Under the pieces are notes generated by a model, which had not been told where the DNA came from, ran no database searches, and saw only the letters and a list, made by a program, of their open reading frames with translations. From Candidatus Krumholzibacteriia bacterium (GTDB lineage Bacteria; Krumholzibacteriota; Krumholzibacteriia; WVZY01; JAKEHA01): a stretch of DNA of 64,000 nucleotides. Shown piece by piece: positions 21,101-30,100 of this stretch. Positions within the stretch are counted from its first letter, which is position 1. Each line of letters opens with the position of its first letter. The stretch lies in NCBI GenBank assembly GCA_029865265.1, contig JAOUHG010000004.1, positions 89,835 to 153,834 of the forward strand, read 5' to 3'. Both the position numbers and the translations under genes were made by a program.

Positions 21101-24100
21101 CCCAGGCGGAGACTTACACCAGGGCTGAGTTGATGCGGGTGCGTGCGAGCGCTTCCGGCAAAGAGGGAATCAGCGGCGTTGTCAATGTGGCGGCTGCGCC
21201 GGCCTACCGCATCGCGAAGATCTCGGGCGACAATACAGGCGTCGCTGTTAGTGCCCCGCAGTTGCTCGAAGCGCAGGTGCTGGACGCGTTCGACAACCCG
21301 GTGGCCGGCCAGTCGGTGACCTTCGTGGTGATCGGTGGTGGGGGCAGCGTGTTGCCGGGAGCACCCAGCACTGGTGCGGCCGGCACCGCCCAGACCACAC
21401 TTACGACGGGGAGCACGCCGGGCAACAACCTGGTCAAGGCGACGATTCTCGATGAGAACCCGGCCAGCCTGGAGCGCGTCGACTATCTGGTGGAGACCGT
21501 GCCGGGCGGGGTTGCGTACTTCACGGTGGTGCCCGCCAAGTTCAATCCGATTGCGGGCGAGGCTGTCAATCTCACCGTGACCGCGTTTGATGCCGAGGAC
21601 AACGTTGTCTCGGACGACAACACCACCCAGATTCAACTCTCGTCGGGAAGTGGAACCGTCCAGTTCGGCGTGGCCACGGGCACGCTGGCGGCCGGGGTCT
21701 TCTCGACGACGGTAACGGACAACATCGCGGAGCAGTACACGGTGACGGCGGAGCTCTTCGGTGGCGGAGTGCCAACTGGGACAAGCGCGCCGGTTACCGT
21801 GGGGCATGCCCCGGCTTTTGCAGTCGTTTATGTGAGTGGTAACGCGAGCGGTGTTGCCGCCGGCTCGCAGCAGGTGCTGCAGGTGCGCGTGCGCGACGCG
21901 TATACCAACCCGGTGCCGGGTCAGCCGGTGACGTTCGCCGTGGCCAGCTCGCCGGGGGGCGCCACCATCACCGACGCGGTGGGCGATCCCAACGACGGCA
22001 TCACCACCACAAATGCCGCCGGTCTCGCGCAGGCCACGTTGAACACCTCGGCTGTTTCCGGCACGAACCAGGTCAATGCGCGCATTCTGGACGGGCTGCC
22101 GCCCGACCACCTCGTGCCGTTCACCGTGGACACGAGTCCCAATTCGGCTACGACGCTGCGCATCACCTTCCTCGGTCCCACGACGGTGGCGGCCGGGCAG
22201 ACGTCGTCGTTCAAGGTGGAGGCACTTGATGCCGGTCAGAACCTGGACACCTCGAACACCAGTCTGATCACGCTGACGCCGCAGACCGGGAGCAACCTCG
22301 ACTTCAGCCTGTCTGATTTCGCCGGGGGTCTCACCCAGTTCAATCTGGTGGGTGGCACGCGCACGATCTATGTGCAGGGGACGAAGACCGGCTCCTGGAA
22401 CATCACCGTGGATGACGGTCCGGGTGGCCTCGCGAGCGATACCAAGGGCATTACCGTCAACGACGCCGGCGTGGTGGACCACTACGTGGTCACGGCGCCG
22501 TCCAACGCCGTGGCGGGTGCCACCTGGAACGTTCTTGTCGAAGCGCGGGACGTGTACGACAACAAGGTGACGGGCGCCAGCAACCTGGTGAACCTCGCCG
22601 CGGTGCTCGCGTCGGACAGCACCAGTCTCGCCAGCTCCTCGCTGTCGGTGGGACAGGCAACCCTGACGGGCGGCTCGGTGGTCGTCAACGAGTTCTACAC
22701 ACGTGCGCAGGGAATCCGCGTGCGCGTGCGCGACGCGGGCAGCAAGGAGGGCTTCAGCGGGACGGTGCAGATCGGTGCGGCGATTGCCTACCAGGTGGTC
22801 AATGTCTCGGGCGACGGCATCGACATCGTGGCGGGCACCACTCGAACCCTGACAGGCAGAGTGGTCGACAGTTATAACAATCCCGTGCAGAACCAGACCG
22901 TGTCGTTCACCGCCGTGTCGGGTGGTGGTGACTTCGCCGGTGGCACTACGGCTCAAAGCGATATCAACGGCACGGTGGTCAAGGGCTTCAATACCGGGAA
23001 TGTCGTTGGCATCAACGTGGCCCGCGCGTCGATTCTGGACGGGAATCCCATCGGCGTGGAGACGACGGACTTCACCGTGAGCACCAAGGCGGGGGCGCTC
23101 GACAACTACGAAGTGGTACCGGTCGATCCGCTCAAGATCAATCTCGTCGCCAACGAAACCACCAGTGTGATCGCCCGCGCGCGCGACCAGTACAACAACT
23201 ACCGCATCCAGGACAATACCACCGTTGTGGGCCTGACAGCCACCGGGAGCGCCGTACTGGGTTCCGCGGGGGGAACCCTGGTGAACGGCGCGTTTACCAC
23301 CACGGTCCGCGACGATGTGGCGGAGACGTTCACCGTGACGGCTGAAACGGGCCTCGATTCGGGAACCAGCAACCCCTTCACGGTGTCGCCTGGCCCGCCG
23401 TACCGTATCGTCAAAGTCACGGCCGATCCGGTGAATGGACTGCCGGTCGGATTGCAGCAGCCTCTTGTGTCCGAGGTGCGCGATGAGTGGAACAACGCCG
23501 TCGGCGCGGGTGTCAGCGTCACCCATCTGATAGTTCAGGCGCCCGATCCAAGTGCCTATCTGCGTGACGCGGTGGGCGACACCACCGACGGCATTACCAC
23601 GACGGCGGCCAATGGGCGGGCGACGGCTCTACTGGGACCGGCCAACACGGCCGGTTTGAACCGCGTGTCGGCCACCATTCTCGATGGGAGCCCGTCGGGG
23701 CTCGAACGCGTGACGTACGACGTCAACACCGTGGCAGGTGGAATCGCGAAGTACCAGGTGACGATGGGCGCAACCAGCGCCACGGCGGGAACCGCGGTTT
23801 CGGTGAGTGTTCAGGCCCTCGATGCGAACGACAACCCGGTGGCCGACAACGGGACGCAGGTCGATCTGGCGGGGAATCCCGGCGCCGGGCTGATTTTCGC
23901 GGCAAACCCGCTTACGCTGAGTGGCGGCACGGCATCGACCACGGTGACGGCCAGCCTCGTGCAAACGTACGCCATTAAAGCGAGTTCGGTGCTGCAGCCC
24001 GCGGTGTCCGGCCAGGGTGCTTCCGTGGTCGTGTCGCCGGCCGCGCCCGCGGGCGTCATAACCGCCACGGCGACCGCGGACGTCATCACCGCCAACGGGA

Positions 24101-27100
24101 GCTCAGTAACGACACTCACCAGCAGCGTCATAAGGGATGCGTTCCTCAACCAGGTGCCGGCCGGCGGCGGGGTTACCGTGACGACGAGCGGTGGCGTGAT
24201 TCTGGGCACACAGCCCAAGATCATCGGCGCCAACGGACGCGTCTCCTTCGACCTGCGCTCGTCGACCACGCCCGGTCCGGTGACGGTTTCAATGACCAGC
24301 GTGGCCGGAACCGCGTTCGGGCAGAAGGTCATCCAGTTTGCGCAACCGGTGGCGTTCAACACCAGTCAGGGGCCGGTGCCGTCCATCGTGAAGCCCGGGG
24401 ACAATCTGCGCTTCCGCGTCGTCGTCGCCAACACCTCGAGCACGGCCGCCAACCTCACGACGGCCACCCGGTTTGCGTTTGCCGACGGCGTTCACACCTT
24501 CACTGCGTTCCTGGCGGCGCCGAAGACGGTCGCCGCCGCCGATACCGCGACGCTGGTGTTCAACAATACCACGCTGGACGCGGCGTTTGCGTCGGGCGCC
24601 TACACCCCGGTCGTCACGCTGATCGGAAACGACCAGTACGGTTCGGCGTTCAACGTCTCGAGCCCGCTGCCGCTCAATGCCGTGCAGGTTACAAGCATCG
24701 AGATCACGCTTATCAGCGCGCCTTCCCCGGTGAGCCGCGGCCAAACCCGCAACGTGAGCGTGAGCGTACGCAACAACGGCGCCACGCCGGCAAGTCTCAA
24801 CAACCTGACCCTGTCGTTCTCGCCCGGTGTGGGCGTGTACACGCCGGGAACGCCTTCCCCGGCGCTTCCCGTCCAGATCGCGGCGGGGAATACCGCGACG
24901 GTTGTCATTCCGGTCACCATTGAAACCGCCTCGGGCCTCGGCACCGATCAGATCGACGCGTTTGCCGAGGCCACGGTGGGCGGACAACCCGTCACCGACG
25001 ATTCGGCGGATCCGCATCCGTTGGGATCCTGGCAGATCGTTGCGCAGGCCAGCCTCGTGTATGCGCCGGGGTCGCTCACGCCGCCGGCGGCGTCGCGCGG
25101 CAAGTCCTACGGGTTCCAGATGGCGATTCAAAACACGGGCAGCGGCGTTGTCTCGTTGAGCCCCGCCCTTACCCGGCTTACCTTCACCGATGGCTCGCTC
25201 AATTTCTCAGCAGCGCCCGTGCAGGCTTACGCCATCCCCGGGGGCGCGACCCAGGTGCTGACTTTCGTCGACACGGCGATACCCGGCGGATTCGCCGCCG
25301 GGCCCGTCGACGTGGTTCTCGACGCGCAGGGCACGGACAATGGCGCCCCCTTCACCCAGTTGGTCTCGACAGCGGGCTCCGGCGACCAGTTGAACATCGT
25401 GACACCGGCGGTGCTCAGTGCCGTTGCGGGAACGTTGTCGCCGGTGCTCACGACACAGGGTGCCACGGCCACTTTCCAGGTTGCGGTCAACAACACGGGC
25501 GGGGCGACGGTGGACCTGTTCCCGGCGACGACGACGCTGTCCTTCACGGGATTCAACGCCAGCCTCGACCCGACCGGACCGACCTCAATCGGGCCGCTGG
25601 GAAACACGACGTTGCGCTTCATCGGCACTCCGGTCAGCGCGGGCAGCACGCCTCCGGGGAATTACTTCCCGCAGATCGACGTGGACGGCACCGAGAACGG
25701 GCTCGACTACGGTGCGTCGTTCGCGTCTCCCAGCAGCGTGAATGTCCAGGCGGCACCCGACATCCTGATTGCGGCCATCCTGCCCTCGCAGACCACCATC
25801 ACCACCGATCAGGCGCGGCGCATCCAGGTGCGCATGGTGGTGCAGAACAGTGGTGGTGCGACGGTCTCATTCACGTCGGCTTCGATCCGCATGTTCAGCG
25901 GTGCGGTTGAGCGCACCGCGCAGTTCGGTATCGCGCCCCCCTCCGCCTTCCAGGGTGGTGGCAACCTGGCGCCCGCGTCGGTGGACACACTGCTGTTCCA
26001 GGTGACCGACGTCGCCGGCCCCATGTCGGCCGGCCCGCTGACCATCGAGGGGCTGCTGAACGTGGAGGACACCGCCACCAGCCAGCCGATCACCACCAAC
26101 ACCAGCAACGGCGGCAAGGGCGCGCTCAGCGTGCAGACACCGGCCACGATCAACATCCTAGCGGTCACGCCCTCGTTGCCCACGGTGACCGCGGGAATGG
26201 ACCGGGATTTCACCATTCGCGCGCTGATCCGCAATGGCGGCCAGAGCGACGTGAATGTCAACGCCGCCGCGGCAACCCTGCAGTTCACCCCGCCGGGTGG
26301 CTGGGTGAGGACACCCCGCGCGACGCTCGGCAGCGGCAGCAACCTGCTGCAGGGCGGCGAGGTCGACACGCTCATCTTCGACGTGACCACCAGCGGCAGC
26401 GTGACCGGTATGGTCGGCATTGATGCCACCGTGGGTGGCACCGAGAGCAACAGCGCCCGCACGTTCAGCAACGCGTCGTCCGGTGCGGGCTCGATTGTGG
26501 TGCAGACGGCGGGGAACATCGTGGTCAGCGTCGTGTCGTCACGGGCGACCATTACCAGCGGCGCCAGCGTTCCCTGGACGCTCTCGGTGACGGTACAGAA
26601 CACGGGCGGGGCGGACGTCAATCTCGATCTCGGCGCCGCGGTTCTGGTGAGCTTCGGCGACGCCACAACCCCGCCGGTTCCGTCGGTTCCCCCGGTGCTG
26701 GCGGGTGGCGGAACGCTGCTTTCGGGGGGCGAGACCGATCAGTTTGTGATCGGCGTGCCGGTGGCGGGTGTCTATGGAACGCTCGGGCCGCAGAACATGC
26801 AGGTGCTCGTCACCGGGACCGAACTCAACTCGACTGTCGACAAGTTTGATAGTGATGCGGCGTCGGTCATCGTGCAGGCCGCGCCGGACGTCGCGTACAT
26901 ATCGCTCACGCCGTCGCCGGTCGCCAAGGGTGTTTCGGTGCCATTCGCTGTCACCGTTCGTAATCCGGTTGCGAACGGCGCCACACTCACGCTCGACCCT
27001 GTCACCACCCGTCTGCAGTTTGCGGGTGGCGCCTTCGACGCGGGGCTGGCGGGAGGGCCGGTGACGCTGGCGGCGCTCGAGCAGAAGACGCTGCTGTTCA

Positions 27101-30100
27101 ACAGCACGGTGGTGCCGGGCGGCATCCAGTCGGTGTCGCAGGACGACGCCGAGCTGATCTTGAATTGGACGGAGAACGGACGCTCCGGTTCCAACACGGT
27201 CGAGATCACCGACGGCGACATCGAGGTTCAGGAGGCGCCCGAACTGGGCATCGTGAGCCTGATTGCGAGCCGTGCCACCGTAACCGCCGGCCAGACATCC
27301 CCCACGTGGACCGTCGACATGGTGGTGCGCAACCTGGGCGGGCTCCCGGTGGACATCGATCTGGCCGCGGACTCCACCTACCTGGTCATGAATCTCCTGC
27401 AGGGAGGGCTGGATGTCTCCGACGAGTACACCATCGCCCAGCCCACCAAGCTCGAATCCGCGGGAGGCACGCTGCTCGGCCCGAGCCTCACCGACACGCT
27501 GCGGTTCACCGTTCAGCAGGCGGGCCTCACCGAGGGAATCGTGATCATCTCCGGGCTGGTCACCGGGCACGAGAACTCGACAGTGGTCATGGGTAACACC
27601 GACGCCGGCGGTACGGGCAGCTTCGAACTGCAGGCGCGGGGTGAGCTGGCAATCCGCAGCATCACGCCCGCCAGGACCACGGCGACAGTGGGGCAGACGT
27701 CGACCTACCGGATCCGCATGGCGGTGGAGAATACGGGTGGCGCGGCGATCGATCTCGATTTGACCAAGCCGAACACGGACCTCGGCTTCAGCAACTCCGG
27801 GTGGCTCACGACACTGGATGGGAATCTCGCCGGTGGCGGCGTGACGCTCTCCGGTGGAGAGGTCGATACGGTGACATTCACGGTTGATACCACCGGCGGG
27901 CCGGCCGGGGTGGTCACGATCAGTGGTGTCGTTGCCGGCGAGGAGACGAACACGGCCGCACCGAAGTTCGCTGACACCACGTCCGGCGGCACCGGGAGCA
28001 TCACGCTGCAGGGTGCGGCCGCGCTCAGCATCATTAATGTTGCGGGGTCGCGGGCGAGCATCACCGAAAACACCGGCGTGCCGTGGACGATCGACGTGGA
28101 TGTTCGGAATACCGGCGGCGCGATCGCACAGCTCAACCTGCCCGGCGGTGTCTCGGCCAGCGTGCAGGACGGGGCAGTTTCCTTTGCGCCCGTGGTCACC
28201 CTGCAGGGCGGTGGCAGCTCGCTCGCGCCGGGACAAACGGGCAGGCTTGTCTTCCAGGCCACGGCGAACGGCGCGTTCACCAGCTACGGCGCCAAGATCA
28301 TCACCATCGATGTGAACGGTTCCGACACCAACAGCGGCGACCCGCTCAACGCCGCCAGTAACTCGGCGAGCATCCTGGTGCAGAAGGCACCGGTCCTGCA
28401 ACTGGCCGGGTTCGACCCGTTCACGGTGACAAGCGGGGCCAACGCCCGCTTCAATGTGCGTGTTTCCAACCCGGATGCGGACGCCGCCACGGTTACGTTC
28501 GACCGCGGCAACACGCGCGTCCATTTCGCCGCGGGGGCCTACAGCGCGTTCCTCGACCTGAACAGCCCGGTGGCCATACCCGGCGGGGAAGACACCACCC
28601 TCGTCTTCGAAGACAAGACCGTGGTCTCGTCCATCCCGCTGGGCAAGTACGACTTCAACGCCAACCTGGCTTACAGCGCCAACGGGGTTCCGGTCACGTT
28701 TGCACCCTCACTGCTGGATACGCTCAGCGTGCAGGCGGCACCAACGCTTTCCATCGACCAGATCGAGGCCTCGCGGACAACGGTGACGGCCGGGCAGCAG
28801 GCGGACTGGACCGTCACCATGACGCTCCGCAACAGCGGCACGCAGCCGATAACGCTCGATCTCGCGCCGGCGGCCACGTACCTCACATTTGTTGCACCGG
28901 GCGCGCAGGTGGATGGTGGCTATCTGGTTATCCCCCCGCCGGGACTCCAGAACGCCGGCGGCGTGGTGCTTGGCGCCGGCCTCACGGACGTCCTGCTGTT
29001 CACCATCGACCAGACCGGCAGTCTCACCGGGCCGGTGACCATCAACGGACGCGTGCGCGGGCTGGTGGGCGGCGTCACCGAAGTCCTCGACGACACGTTC
29101 GACGGCGGCCGCGGGAATGTCAACGTGCAGAGCGCCGCGGCGGCGGCGATCACCGCCATTCGCGCCACCCAGCCCCGGGTGACCGCCGGGCAGTCGGCGG
29201 TCTGGGGCATCCGCGTGATCCTTGCCAACTCCGGTAGTTCCGCCGTGGACCTGGACTTCCCGGGGCTGGCCATTACCTTCGATGGCGCCGATCCTCCCAC
29301 CGCGGGCTGGGGCGTGACCCCGCCGACCGCACTCCTCTCAGGCGGCTCTACGCTTGCGGGTGGTTCGGTGGACAGCCTGGTGTTCACGGTGGAAGTCACC
29401 GGCCCCGCAGGTACGCCGGCGGTCGGCGTGGAGATTCCATACATAGAGGTGAACACGCAGCAGGCGGACACGCTCCTTTCCGGGGGCTACCAGCCCGTGG
29501 TTGTCGAGACGCCGCCGTCGTTGCACATCCTTACCACCAACCTCCTCGCACCCAACGCGCCCAACGTGAATGTCGGGCAGGGCTACAGTGTGGCGGTGAA
29601 CGTGGAAAACAGCGGCGGTGCGGCAGCGCGCGACGTGCAGCTCGAAGTGGAGTCGGGCAACGGCTGGAGCACCATCACCGGTGTGGCGCCCATCCCACTG
29701 GTGGGCGGGGCCGGCCAGACGGTGCTGGTGCCGATACCGGCCACGGCGGATACTGCCGGCCTGGATCTCCTGACCGCACGGATCGTTTCGGCGCTGGATG
29801 ACAACTCGGGCGAAGCGGCACCCGTCGTGATCGATGGTGATACCACCGAGGCGGTCAATGTGCAGACACCGGCGCAGCTCACCGTCGTCCTTGTGAGCAC
29901 GTCGCAGGCCTCGGTTACGCAGGGCCAGTCGAACCCGTGGAATGTGATCGTCACCGTGGAGAACGGCGGCGGCGCGGACCTCGATCTCACGGCGCCCACC
30001 AATGACGACCTGGTTTTCCGCCGTGGCGCGATTCAGAACGACTACTCGGTGGTCCCGCCGACGGCATTCGCCTCCGGCAACCCGGCCTGGCGCCTCGCCG